NCBI RefSeq assembly: GCF_009914755.1
Contig: NC_060932.1
Length of the DNA: 64,000 bases
Strand: one strand, 5' to 3'
Source: the human T2T-CHM13v2.0 reference genome, Homo sapiens
The notes beneath the pieces are model-generated. The model had not been told where the DNA came from, did not search any database, and worked only from the letters and a program-made list of their open reading frames with translations. This document shows, in pieces, positions 35,598-52,789 of the stretch (the stretch's first letter is position 1; each line of letters opens with the position of its first letter). The translations under genes and the position numbers were made by a program.

Positions 35598-35827
35598 TAA
35601 CAGGTATGTGGGAAGCTGGGCCATGTTCAGCTCAAGATTCACACTCGTTCACAGTAGACCTCTGTATGGCTCACACATGAACTCTGCTATGCTTCAGTTC
35701 CTAAGGCCATCCAGCTCCCAAAGTCTGCCATGTCATGTTTTAAATAAACTGGACTCGACACCCAGCCAAAAATAATAATGATGTGCACGTCTCTGTATGT
35801 AAATGTCAATAATAAGGTACAAAATGA

Positions 35828-36184
<357 letters not shown>

Positions 36185-36260
36185 TGTCCTCACTCTTTCA
36201 ATGAGATCATAAGCACCTTGAGGGTGGACATCTTGTATTAGCAGTAGTAGAAGTATTAAT

Positions 36261-36559
<299 letters not shown>

Positions 36560-36899
36560 TAATTGTAGTTTCGATCCTCTTAATTGAATTGTCTATAGTG
36601 TGTTATATAGCTAATCAGATTACCTGAATAATAAAACTTCTCTTTCTTATGTTTTCATTTAATATTCGATCAGCCAAGCACTAAATGACTATTGTGAGAT
36701 GGTTGTGGGGCAGGCTTCACACAAGTGATTCCAATTTGTCTTGGTTGATTTGAACTTGTAGGAAAAACTGCAATGTCTGAAACCTCCACCGTAACAGATT
36801 TAGAGAGAATCCCTGGAGACTCAAGCCTCGCGCTGTGGGCACCATCTCCCCAGGCATGTGCCAGGATGATACAGAACAAAAGATGCACCTCAAAAATGA

Positions 36900-37525
<626 letters not shown>

Positions 37526-37973
37526 ATAAATAATATATCAATGTTTTACAACCCTAATACCAGGAAAACACAAAGTACTTCTGGTTTTCAGTGCATGTTT
37601 ACCACCAAGATGCAAATCCCATACACATTTTGGGGTGCCTTGGAAATAACATAACTGATTCTTGGGTCCACTACAAGTTTACAAACATTCTCTGGCTTGG
37701 ATTTTCTGTCAATAGTAGCATAACATTTTTCTATGCTAACATATGAAGGAATAAAGCCTATTAGAGGTTCTTTTATTCACAAACTGTCTTCTCCGAGACT
37801 ATAACCTTTTAGGTTGAACCACTATTAGCTGGAAACTTCCTCTGGAAGGATAAGTGAGAACAGCGCCCACAGTGCACCTTTTGCCCAGAACTCGGGCCCA
37901 AGATCTGGGGAGATATTGCTATAATACTGGGTCGTTCTCTTTCAAAGATGATAAACAGCAGGAGGGTCTATTA

Positions 37974-38327
<354 letters not shown>

Positions 38328-38507
38328 TTAAACATGAACCATCTTCCAGAACCAATTCTGATGCATGATAAAAATAAAAACACAGTTTCTACATTTTGCC
38401 TACCACACTCCTGGCATAGGCTGATCACAGCTTAAGACACACATCTTCATTTTTCCACAGTATCATGATCTATTGCTTACATAGTTAAAATTGTTTTTAA
38501 TGGGCCA

Positions 38508-38619
38508 GAGAAGGAGGTTGCAGTGAGCCAAGATTGCACCACTGCACTCCAGCCCGGGCAACAGAGCAAGACTCCATCTCAAAAAAAAAAAAAAAAAAAG
38601 AAAAGAAAAAAGAAAAAAA
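38508..38619 (+). mobile_element. 5'-truncated Alu (3' part of right arm)
   Basis: ggaggttgcagtgagcc...ctccatctc followed by A tail. Confidence 0.88.
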
Positions 38620-38841
38620 GCTGTAGTACTTGCAGCTCTATGTCCAAGTGACAAATCTGCCTTCCAGAAATCTGATTTTTGCGGTGGGGGAGGACAACTA
38701 CATAGCGTGGTGCTTAACATGTTGATAAATGTTCAAAAGAAGTTTTTTGATGCTTTAGGCCAATCATCTGTTTAAACCAATAACATTAATTATTACTGTG
38801 TATTTTAATACGCAGTCTTGTTTTTCAAGAAGTCCAGTTCA

Positions 38842-39346
<505 letters not shown>

Positions 39347-39472
39347 ACACACACACTCACAAGACAAACAACAAAACAACATAATATGAAGATGGGAAGA
39401 AGACAGAGGAGGAAGGAAACGAACTATGGTGTACTGAAAAGCCAGATCCCAATACCATCTCAGTTAAACTGA

Positions 39473-39802
<330 letters not shown>

Positions 39803-40394
39803 TCCAGCCCCACCCTTTTTTAAGTGGAGACATGGACAGGAGCTCACTAATAGATGAGCAAGATAAAAATGATGTTTCTGAAGCAATGGAGAACTGATTA
39901 TCAAATACTTCCCCAGTGTAAGGATGTATCACTTTTAAAGGTATGTCACTATTTACTTGAAAATGTGACATTTGCAGAGATAGAGAATATTATTTCTGGG
40001 TATCTGGTCCAACTCCCTGATTTTATAGGTGAGGGAATCTAAAGTCTGCAAGAAAAGAACACGCCTGGGGCCTGGGAGTGGGATCACAGCAGAGCAGGAC
40101 CAGGACCAAGCTTCCTGACTGAGCTTCCTCCCATTTCCAAAGCCCTTCACCTGGAGAACTGCTTCCCGGGCTTCAGGTTTCAGTTCAGGGAGCCTGCTGT
40201 CCAGACAGGTGCCCCCGCTGGTCCACCCGACCACTGTCCCCCTCTCTCAGAGCACTCCTCAAGCTATAGGTGAAGGACACCATCATCTATTCATCTAGCT
40301 TCCCCGCTGGACTGAGAGTAACTCGAGTGGGCATTCCTCTTTGTGTCCTGGTACTGAGTGCAGTAATGACATCACATGGATACTGTGTGTAGTG

Positions 40395-40500
40395 AACAGG
40401 GGATCAACTTGTCCCCATTGGCCAGGGAATTTCCTAGCTTTAGCAATGCAAGTCCCAAGTCCTGGAAAACCCCTCAACCAAGATGGCTGGTCACTGGTAG
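40395..40500. mobile_element. MER94-like hAT fossil
   Basis: agggg atcaacttgtcccc...aagtcccaagtcctggaaaacccctca...tggctggtcac. Confidence 0.5.
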
Positions 40501-40609
40501 CGACATTAACAGGATCAGACAGCCTGGTCACACTTTCCCCTTCTCTAACTGTCCTCCAACACCCAGCCCAGGCCCCAGAGCCCTGTCTGTGCCATGCAGT
40601 CCCTCCAGC

Positions 40610-40815
40610 TCAGCCCTGTCCAATAGAACCTTCTGCCTCGATGAAGATGATCTCTGTCTGAACTATCCAATACCTTAGCTTGGGCCACATGTGGTTACTG
40701 AGCACTTGAACTCTGGCTACTGTGACTGAGGAACTGAATTTTTAATTTTATTTAATTTTAACTAACCGAAACATAAATAGCCCCATGCGGCTAGTGGCTA
40801 CTCTGTTGGACAATT
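40610..40815. mobile_element. MER3-type hAT-Charlie fossil
   Basis: ctgtccaatagaaccttctg...gccacatgtggttactgagcacttgaa...ggctagtggctactctgttggaca. Confidence 0.8.
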
Positions 40816-41384
40816 CGATTCTGGTTTTCCATTTATGGAATTAGTGTGCCATCACTGCACACAGGGATGAACTTTAAAGCCAGACAGACCTTGATCCAAG
40901 TCCTGACTCATTTACCAATACAGCACTTCTTAGGGAATCTTGTTGCTTCATCTGTAATCCTCACAAACTTACTTTGCAACAATGTATGGAAAGTGAAATG
41001 ACTGGCCAATAGCAGAACGTCAAGAAACAGGATTTCTCTAGAAGCAACTAAACCAAATATATGTCCAAATGCGAGAAAAATCTGATTCTGAACCAAAAAA
41101 GCAAACGCATGAGCATCATTTCCAGCAGATCTCTAAAACCCTTGCCTGTTTTAAATTCTCATTCTAAATTGTCATGGCTGCCCAGCTGGGCTCACCACCT
41201 CTTTCTGTCCCCAGGCCTGCAGCTGGCTGTCACCAAGCCACTACAGAAGGTACTGCAGCCAACACAGTCTAGGTACAAACATACATGTCCAGCTCTCCAA
41301 AATGTATACACTAAATATGTGCAATTTTTTTCATATACCAATTATACCTTAGTAGAGCTGTTAAAAAAAAAAAAAAAAACACCC

Positions 41385-41505
41385 TTGGAAGTGGCTCATG
41401 CCTGTAATCCCAGCATTTGGGGAGGCAGAGGAGAGAGGATTGTTTGAGCCCAGGCGCTCAAGACCAGCCTGGGCAACACTGCAAGACGCTCTCTCTATTA
41501 AAAAA
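41385..41505 (+). mobile_element. FLAM/Alu left monomer
   Basis: Left arm only. Confidence 0.82.
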
Positions 41506-41516
41506 CATATAAATAA

Positions 41517-41859
<343 letters not shown>

Positions 41860-41949
41860 TTAACAACAAAAAAAAGTTTTTAAATAAGAAGACACCATTG
41901 GGCAGCAGGCACTGGGTGGGAGTTACTGTGCCAGGTCACCCTGAGTGTG

Positions 41950-42360
41950 GCCCCACACAGCCCCACCGGCAGGAAGGGATCCAGGGCAGGGAGGGATCCA
42001 GGCCAGTCCCAGAGCAGGGACCAGGCAGCGCTCACGTGCGCTCTGCACCAGCCACAGGGATGCGGGGACGCTGGGGACGCGGGGATGCGGGGACACCGGG
42101 GACCGCCCGGGAGCACGTCCTGCGCATCGCCGGGCTCCGCGAGGCCTGCAGAGGACGCAGCCCTCTCCCTCCCGCTGGGTGCGGAACCGGGTGCAAGAGG
42201 CCGAAGCGCTGCCCCATAAAGCCGATCTTCGCCGGGGCCCCGCCCAGGCCCTAACGAATACATCCCATTGGCAGGAACCGGCAGCAGGTCCTAGGAGAAG
42301 CCAGCCTCTGATTGGAATCAACCGGGAGCTTTTTAAAAATATTGTTCCCCGGAATCGGAG
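41950..42360 (-). promoter_or_regulatory. CpG-island promoter, most likely minus-strand
   Basis: Only non-repeat CpG-dense block in the window; GC box CCCCGCCC 42238-42245; ATTGG (CCAAT on minus) at 42267-42271 and 42311-42315; donor downstream on minus. Confidence 0.75.
42036..42190 (-). other. Candidate first exon of the unidentified gene (TSS approximate)
   Basis: Donor CAC|GTGAGC at 42036/42035, downstream of the GC and CCAAT boxes. Confidence 0.5.
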
Positions 42361-43032
42361 ATCAGGGTTTACAGACAGCTCCCAGGTGATGGTGCTGCAC
42401 AGCTGGGGCCTCCGTATTTTTCCTCTGAATGCCTGAGGAGGTGATCCTGCTGAGCCGCCAAGGCGGGGAACACCGCCCACCAGCAGGGAGAAGCACTATT
42501 TAGGGCTGTGGCAAGAAGTCCTATCCTTAACAGTCCCCTGCCTCTCTCTGGCTGCAGGGACAACAGTCAGAGGGCTGCAGGGGCCTGAAGCCAGACACGG
42601 GACACAAGCTGCTTCCCTCTCCTTGCAGATGGCTGAGCACTTTCCAGTTGCCCAGGACCTCCCCATCCAGTGTCTCCCAGGCAGGGCTGGCAGGGAGGCC
42701 CTCTTCCCCACCCACTGAGCATCCAAGTGCGGGAGGCCTAATCCATGCACCTGGCACTTAGGAAGCCCACAGTCACTGCTGTTACTGTGGTTGCTACCCT
42801 CATCTCACTGGGAAAGAAGCCGGCTCAGAGAGATGGGATGAGTCACCCAAGGCCACATGATACTGGGGGCAGGGCTGGCACAGGAACACTGGGCTCTAGG
42901 GCTCATTCTCCTCCCTGTACCCCAGGATGCGGCCACTGCCCTGCCCTCCCCCAACACCTTTTTTCCTCCCTCTTACAGAAAACAGGCAGGCTCTACCAGT
43001 CAGGATAACACTTCATTCATTGCACACGCTAG

Positions 43033-43420
<388 letters not shown>

Positions 43421-43439
43421 CCCAAGTAGTGGTTTTTAG

Positions 43440-43640
43440 TACAGCTTTGAAGCCTGACACACCAGGGTTGCCACTCAGTAGCTGGGTGATCTGGGACAAG
43501 TTTCTTAACCTCTCTGGGCTCAGTTTCCTCTTCTGTAAAGTGGGACTGATAATATTTACCAGTAAGGGTTGTGGTGAGGATTATTAGGTGAGATCATCCA
43601 GCGGATGGGATGGGCACCACAGCGGCTGGCAGCAAGTACT
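43440..43640 (+). mobile_element. MIR
   Basis: gggacaagtttcttaacctctctgggctcagtttcctcttctgtaaagtggg. Confidence 0.8.
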
Positions 43641-44743
43641 AACAGGCAGTAGGTGCCACTATCCAGAAGGCCGGTCTTTCTCACGGCCTCTCCACGCTCC
43701 ATCCTGGCCCGGGAAAGCTCCACACTGCTCACCCTCTTGCCTTACTCACCCCCTTGAAATTCCCCAGGCTCCATGAGCCGGTGACCCACTGCCTCTCGCT
43801 TGCCCAAATTCCTCTTGGGTGCCTGGTCCACCCTGGAGACAATGGTGACCCACCATGTGGCTGGAGGTACCACATCCTCCCCCACCCCCCAGAAATAGTA
43901 AATGAGAAGTAACCTTTTTCTATTCCCCATTCCAGACTTCCTTAATTAAAATCAAATATTTGCACACTCTCCAAAGCCTATAAACCTGATTGCTCTCAGA
44001 AAAAAAAAATGCTTCAGAGCAAATAGAGTGAGTGTGGCACAGGTTGTCTGGCAGGACCTCAGGGTACAGGGCAGCAGGTCCTGAACAACCACACCAGCCC
44101 AGAGCAGTCGCCCTCCACTTTTCTCAGTCCACCTCCACAACAAATCAATGCAACATTCACTTTGCAAAAGGCCCACTGAAAAGCCCCTGAGGGTGAGCAG
44201 GTGTTGGGAAGGGATGGAAATGAGGAACAGTCTACCCCAGCCCTACCCTGAACACTTTCAAACCAGCCACTTCCCACCGGCATGGCTGCCCAGCTGTTAA
44301 AATACTGAGTCCTTCCACACAGGCTGGGAAGTAGCTGCTGCCCCAGGAGTCCTCACCCTAAGTGTCCCTCCCCCAGCACTCCCAGACCTCCCCCAGGATG
44401 CAGCAAGGAAAGAATTAGTGTCAGGGCACCAGTAGAGGCTTCCAGAAAGTACTGCGATCTGTGCCCGAGGTTAAATATTCTGGCCATCACCCCTGAGCAC
44501 TGGTAAGGGGCATGAAGATGCAAACGAAATTCTGGGGGATTCAGAAGAGGGACAAGGTTTCAATAAATGATTGCTAAAGGAAGAGAGAGGGGAAGCAGGT
44601 GAAGTGGAGACAGAAGGGAAAGTGATTCAAGTCGTAGTTCAGTGGCCCCGAGGACAGGCCCCAGAACTGCCCACACCTCCCTCCTCTAGGCCACTCACTC
44701 TATCCCAGTTCAGGTCACCATTGCAGAAGTCTCCCTAGCCAGG

Positions 44744-45171
44744 TGCTACAGTTTAAACATTTGTCCCCCTCAAAATTCATGTTGAAACTTAATCCCCAAT
44801 GTGGCAGTGTTCAGAGGTGGGACCTTAAGAGATGGCTAGATCCTGAGGGCTCTGCCCTCGTGAATGGATTCATCCATTCATGGATTAATAGGTTAATGGA
44901 TTAATGGGTTATCTTGGGATTGGGACTGGTGGCTTTAGAAGAGGAAGAGAGACCTGAGCTAGCACGAGCTCTCTCAGCCCCTCACCATGTGATGCTCTGC
45001 ACAGCCTCGGGAATTTGCACAGATTCCCCACCAGCAAGAAGGCCCTCACCAGATGCAGCCCCTCAACCATGGACATCTCAGCCTCCAGAACTGTAAGAAA
45101 TAGCTTCCTTTTCTTTATAAGTTACGCAGTTTCAGGTATTCTGTTGTAAGCAACAGAAAACGGACAAGACA
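44744..45171 (+). mobile_element. MaLR MST-family solo LTR, complete
   Basis: TG...CA ends; perfect 5-bp TSD CCAGG (44739-44743, 45172-45176); MST motifs. Confidence 0.92.
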
Positions 45172-45184
45172 CCAGGCAAAAGCA

Positions 45185-45690
45185 AATCCAGCACTGCATG
45201 CCAGCCTCCAAGCCCCTTCTGGTAATGGCACTGTCTTCCTCTGGGGCATCCCCTAACCCTCCCCTAATGCTCCAGGGGTGGCACATTACCTAGAGGAGGA
45301 CAGTCAAAGCACGGAACCTCCAGAACCAATAGACGGCTCAAATGCAGCCATATGCCCCTAACTAGACAGTAAGAGACTTCTCTCACACTTTGGCTGAAGC
45401 CACTAGGAAAGGGGTACCTTCCCCCTATCCTACAGCGTTGCTAACATGAGTGGATAAAAACCTGAATCCAAGCTGATGGCCTCTTGCCATCTTGAAAGGA
45501 GAGACTGCTTGAGAAACAAGAAAGAAAAGCAGGGCCACGACACAGGAGACAAAACCTGGCCCACACAGCTGGGGCCCCTGGATCAGCCATGCCTAACCAG
45601 GTAGTGACTTGACACAATAAATGATCTTTTCTAGATTTAAGCTACCTTGAGTTTGGTTACTGTCACTTGCAACATAACGCTGACACAATG
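45185..45690 (+). mobile_element. Old ERVL LTR (LTR16-like)
   Basis: End tttaagctaccttgagtttggttactgtcacttgcaac...gacaca. Confidence 0.55.
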
Positions 45691-45796
45691 TTCTGCGGGT
45701 TAATGAGAGGCTGCTGGTTGCTACTAGGTCCCACTTCCTACCCTGGCTACCATTTCGGGTCTGACTGTGGCTTGTTGATGGCACCTGGGAGGCTGA

Positions 45797-46234
<438 letters not shown>

Positions 46235-46337
46235 TAGTACACAAATCCTCCGCTGGCTCCCACGGCCTACAGACTGGGACGCAAGTCCCTTTAATACACC
46301 TTACAAAGCCACCATCAGCTGACCCTGATGTCTTCAA

Positions 46338-46743
46338 TGTAAAGTTTTTGTATCGGTTGGAACCCTGCGAGCACGCCAACAGACAACACGAGGCGGTGTG
46401 GAGCAACATGCTGTTTTAATGAGCGCCTGGATGCAGGCGGGCTGAGGCCTAAAATGGCGTCAGCCCCAAGTGAGGACGGAACAAAGGTTTCATAGTCTCC
46501 TGTAACAGGAAGTCTCCTAGTCGTACGAAACTGCTACGTGATACCCGGATGGCCTCTTTCTCGATCTTCAGGGGTACGTATCTTCCGGCCAGGGCAGGTG
46601 TCTTCCGGCCGGCTCTCTTCCTGATTCCGCTATCTTGCTTCGGCACGCTGCTGACGCAAGTAGCCTTGCGCCCTGGGACTGGGCCTGAGAAGGGAGGAGT
46701 GATGCATCTCCTTAAGCTTTCAGGCCCCGGGGAGAATCTTACA
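46338..46743 (-). mobile_element. ERV1 solo LTR, MER48-like (HERV-H48/HERV-Fb family)
   Basis: TGTAA...TTACA inverted termini, 406 bp; minus strand starts TGTAAGATTCTCCCCGGGGCCTGAAAGCTTAAGG as I recall MER48; degenerate TSD TTCAA/CTCAG; ATTAAA on minus at 46420-46415. Confidence 0.82.
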
Positions 46744-47995
46744 CTCAGGAACCCTCTAATTCAGCCACGTGGACCTGTGAATGTTCTTTGACTATGCTGA
46801 GATCCTTCCCACCTCCAGGCATTTGCACGTGTCACCTGACAGGAACAGTGTTTCCGAATGTTTAGGAGTCTTAGCAAGCCCACCTTATACCATAAGCTCT
46901 CTGAGGATGAGGGTAACTCCTCATGTTCTATAACCCACATCCAGTCCACTGAGGTCAAAGCCTCTGCTCCCTGTGGGCGTTGGATAAATATTGAAAGGAC
47001 CTCATAAACATAGCTTCTTCCCCTCCGTGATTACCAAGGCCCATAATCCCCCAAGCTGTCTAACACCCACACTGGGACAGAAAGAGGCTGAGTTCAATAT
47101 GTCCTTGTTATGTAAATTATGGCGGGTGGGGTTTTTTTTTCTCCTTGTTTTAATTGAAAAACGACCAGATGTGTACATTTCAGCAAGAGCCCTAAGGAAA
47201 AAATCTACAAAGAAAACTTCTCTCAACGCTGCACATGAACTGAGAGCGCTTATCATTGCAACGTTGGGAGAGTTCATTTCAAAATAGACCCTGGAGATCT
47301 TCTAGTACAACCTTCCCATTTTACAGAAATGGAAACTGAAATTTCAAGAAGCGAAATCACCGTCCAGCATCACACAGCTAGGAGGCTGACCTGCCAGGAC
47401 AAATACCAGGTTCTGTCTTTTCCCCCCAACATTTATTAATAACTGAATCTTCATTTTCACTTTTCTTTATTACAACACTCATTACGCACTCAAGAATGGA
47501 AGCCACAGAGAAGCATATGTGTTTTCGGCTCTTTGCACCACCTCTCAGTGGGTCTCTGGAAAATGGGGTCTCTGTGTTTACCAGCAGGACGACTGGAGCC
47601 TTCCAGGCGTTAGACTTTCTGTGGTCTCTCACCCTCTCTCCTACCGGTAAATATGGCCAACACCAGCAGCACAGATGGCAGCTGCCCACTGAGCAATGAA
47701 AGGCGGTCTCTACTTCCCAAAGCGGACCGAGGCTGTTCTCAAGTTTCCATCTCACTGATTATTTTGAAGGAACTCAAATTAAGTTACTCCTCAGACAATC
47801 TCTGATTTTGGCAAGCACCTAAATCAACACGTAAGGGGCACTCTGAGTCGTTCCCTCTGCAGGGACCAGGGTGTAGGTAGCAGGTGCATGGCCAGAGGGG
47901 GTCCTCATGAAGGCAGCAGAGCAGCACAACCAGAAGTCACTCCCACCCCAGCCTCAGGACGTGTTCAGGACCTCGCAAGCCTGATGCCCTTTCTT

Positions 47996-48369
47996 TTTTT
48001 TTTTTTTTTAATTATACTTTAAGTTTTAGGGTACATGTGCACAACGTGCAGGTTTGTTACATATGTATACATGTGCCATGTTGGTGTGCTGCACCCATTA
48101 ACTCGTCATTTACATTAGGTATATCTCCTAATGCTATCCCTCCCCCCTCCCCCCACCCCACGACAGGCCCCGGTGTGTGATGTTCCCCTTCTTGTGTCCA
48201 TGTGTTCTCAGTGTTCAACTCCCACCTATGAGTGAGAACATGAGGTGTTTGGTTTCTTGTCCTTGCGATAGTTTGCTGAGAATGATGGTTTCCAGCTTCA
48301 TCCATGTCCCTACAAAGGACATGAACTCATCATTTTTATGGCTGCATAGTATTCCATGGTGTATATATG
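47996..48369 (-). mobile_element. 5'-truncated L1PA 3' end (about L1PA3-5)
   Basis: Canonical L1PA 3'UTR with poly(A); TSD TGCCCTTTCTT at 47985-47995 and 48370-48380. Confidence 0.95.
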
Positions 48370-48803
48370 TGCCCTTTCTTATTTCACATCGTTGACTTTC
48401 CGAGGCAGTAAGAGGGCCACCTCTCCAACTTGTCCTCAGTTTTAGAGCACTTCCCCATCTATGAAGGCACAGTTTTCTTCTCCATCTCTTCTACTAGGCT
48501 GTGCTCTCCCTGGTGCCCAGCACAGTGTGGGCACCAAGTAGGTGCTCCATAAACACGTGAATATACATATATGTATATACTGTATATGCATGTTTTATAC
48601 ATACAAACATGTTTATTTGTAGCATATAGTTGGCATTCAATAAACGCTTGTTTTATGTAGTCTTAACACACACATGCATATGCATGCTTTATATATCTAG
48701 ATAAAGTATGTTTCATCTATAATACATAATAGGTGTTCAGTAAATGACTGGTATATACGTAATATGTATAATATTTCATGCTGCTGAGCAAATGAATAGG
48801 TAA

Positions 48804-49175
<372 letters not shown>

Positions 49176-49201
49176 CAAGACATGGTTTAAAGGTACAACA
49201 A

Positions 49202-49589
<388 letters not shown>

Positions 49590-49649
49590 CTAACACAGTG
49601 CCTGCCTGGCACTAAGTATGTGCTCAATAAATACTGGCTGAATAGAATG

Positions 49650-50020
49650 GACATTTGAAAGTCTTCTCCAAAACTCATACTGAAACGTAATCCCCAATGT
49701 GGCTGTATTGAGAGGCAGGGCTTTTATGAGGTGATTGGATCATGAGGACTCTGCCCTCGTGAATGGATTAATCCATTCATGGATTATGGGTTGGTGAGTT
49801 AATGGATTAATGGGTTATCATGGGAGGACAACTGGTGGCTGTATAAGAAGAGGAAGAGAGACCTGAGCTACCAATGTAAGCAAGCTTAGCCCCCTCACCA
49901 TGTGATGCCCTGCACAGCCTTAGGACTCTGCAGAGAGTCCCCACCAGCAAAAAGACTCACCAGACGCAGCCCCTCCACCTGGGACTTCTCAGCCTCCAGA
50001 ACTGTAAGAAATAAATTTCT
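49650..50020 (+). mobile_element. MaLR MST-family LTR lacking its 3' end
   Basis: Homologous to 44744-45171 up to ctgtaagaaataaatttct. Confidence 0.88.
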
Positions 50021-50335
<315 letters not shown>

Positions 50336-50386
50336 CTATTAAGGGTTTTAAGCAGAGGTGTGGTATGATCCGAGTAATACTTTTTA

Positions 50387-50680
50387 GGCTGAGCATGGTG
50401 GTTCACGCCCGTAATCCCAGCACTTTGGGAGGCCTGGCTGAGGCATGCAGAGTGCTTAAGCCAAGGAGTTTGAGACCAGCCTGGGCAACATAGCGAGACT
50501 CTGTATCTACAAATAATAGAAAAATTGGATAGGTGTGATGATGCATGTCTATGGTCCCAGCTATTCGGAGGGCTGAGGCAGGAGGATTGCTTGAGCTCAG
50601 GCGGTCAAGGCCCTCCAGCCTGGGCAACAGAGTAAGACCCTGCCTCAAAAAATAAAAATAAAAAATAAAACAAAAACATT
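50387..50680 (+). mobile_element. AluJ with right-arm deletion
   Basis: Degenerate dimer. Confidence 0.88.
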
Positions 50681-51451
50681 TTTTAAAAATCTGATACAAT
50701 CTGAAAATGAATTGGAAGTGGGGAAAATGTCCCCTCAGGACCCTGCCCACTTGTCAGAGCAAGAAATGACCCTACTGCCACCCCCTCTTGGAACAGCGCT
50801 CACAAAGATAACAGAGTTTCAGCCATCATTATTATGAGTTCACTGTTTTTCGCTGCTCTTTAACGAACACTGTGAGGCACTGTGATAAATGCTGGAGACC
50901 CTGAGATGAAGGACGCACAGACCTTGTTTTCCAAGAGCCTAAAATCCCTAATCTCCAAGATCAGCCAGTCTTTCCAGAGAAGCATTTAACTCAGACCAAT
51001 ACTTTTGGAAGAGGGCAGAGCTGCAGAGCCCTGATCACCCATTGTTCGTATCTCTACCTTTCTTTGTCATGTATGTGTTTATTATACCTTGCCTCTTTCC
51101 AAGAGACAGTTGAGATCGCTAACAACAAGAAAAGAACCCGTGAGAATTACAAACAGAAGAAAATATGATAGTGGGAACCATGACAAAGCAAATGGCCTGA
51201 ACCTGTGGGCTGGCGACAGCTGCTGTGACTAAGCGCAAATTTGGCTCCGAGCTTCCTGGCAGCCAGGGAAGAAAGGAATACACGGCAAGAAGGAAGAGCA
51301 ACCTTTCCTCTCTGGTAGCATAGTGTTTCCTGGCTGCCTTTAAATTCTACAAAACAAAGGTGGGGCCTACTGTGGATGGGCAAGGCTGGGGTCAGCAGGG
51401 TAACCGTGGTTGCAAGCACCCTCTCATTCATCTTGTTCATTACAGAACTCA

Positions 51452-52336
<885 letters not shown>

Positions 52337-52358
52337 TTAAAGTCCAGGATTACTGCTT

Positions 52359-52789
52359 GGTTATATACTGAATTGTGTCCCCCAAAATTCATACACTGAA
52401 GTCTTGACCCCTAATGTCAAAGAACGTAACCTTATTTGGATTTAGGATCTTTGCAGATGTAATGAGTTAGCATGTGATCATAGAGGAGTAGGGTGGGGCC
52501 TAATAAGGTGATAACCACGTGAAGACACACACACACAGGGAGAAGGCCACGTGAACACGAGCAGACGGTGTCACACCTGCAAGCCAAGGTACGCCAAAGA
52601 CTGCCCCAAAACTCCAGAAGCTGGGGGGGGTGGCATGGAACAGACTCTCCCACACATCCTCAAGAGGGAACCAACCCTCCCGGCACCTTCGCCTTGGACT
52701 GCCAGTCTCCAGAACAGCTCTCAGACAGTAGATGTCTGTTGAGTCCCCAGTTTGTGAGATGTGTAAAGCAGCCCCGGGAAGCTGATACA
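52359..52789 (+). mobile_element. MaLR MLT1-type solo LTR inserted in an L2 3' end
   Basis: tgaattgtgtcccccaaaattcat...ttgcagatgtaat...gcagccccgggaagctgataca; L2 3'-end sequence on both sides. Confidence 0.85.

Noticed and set aside
42036-42050. Exon end GAGCGCAC recalled the GGTA1 5'UTR; other minus-strand gene guesses (DENND2A, DNMBP, PTPN3, TPST2, LUZP1) were also considered
   Set aside because: The expected coding exons or neighbouring genes are absent from the window, so no gene symbol is assigned
41880-42480. Overlapping 118-185 aa ORFs on both strands
   Set aside because: Expected from stop-codon depletion in GC-rich CpG-island DNA; low-complexity R/P/G/A composition
48057-48395. ORFs resembling L1-derived peptides
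   Set aside because: Part of a truncated L1PA 3' end; not an intact ORF2
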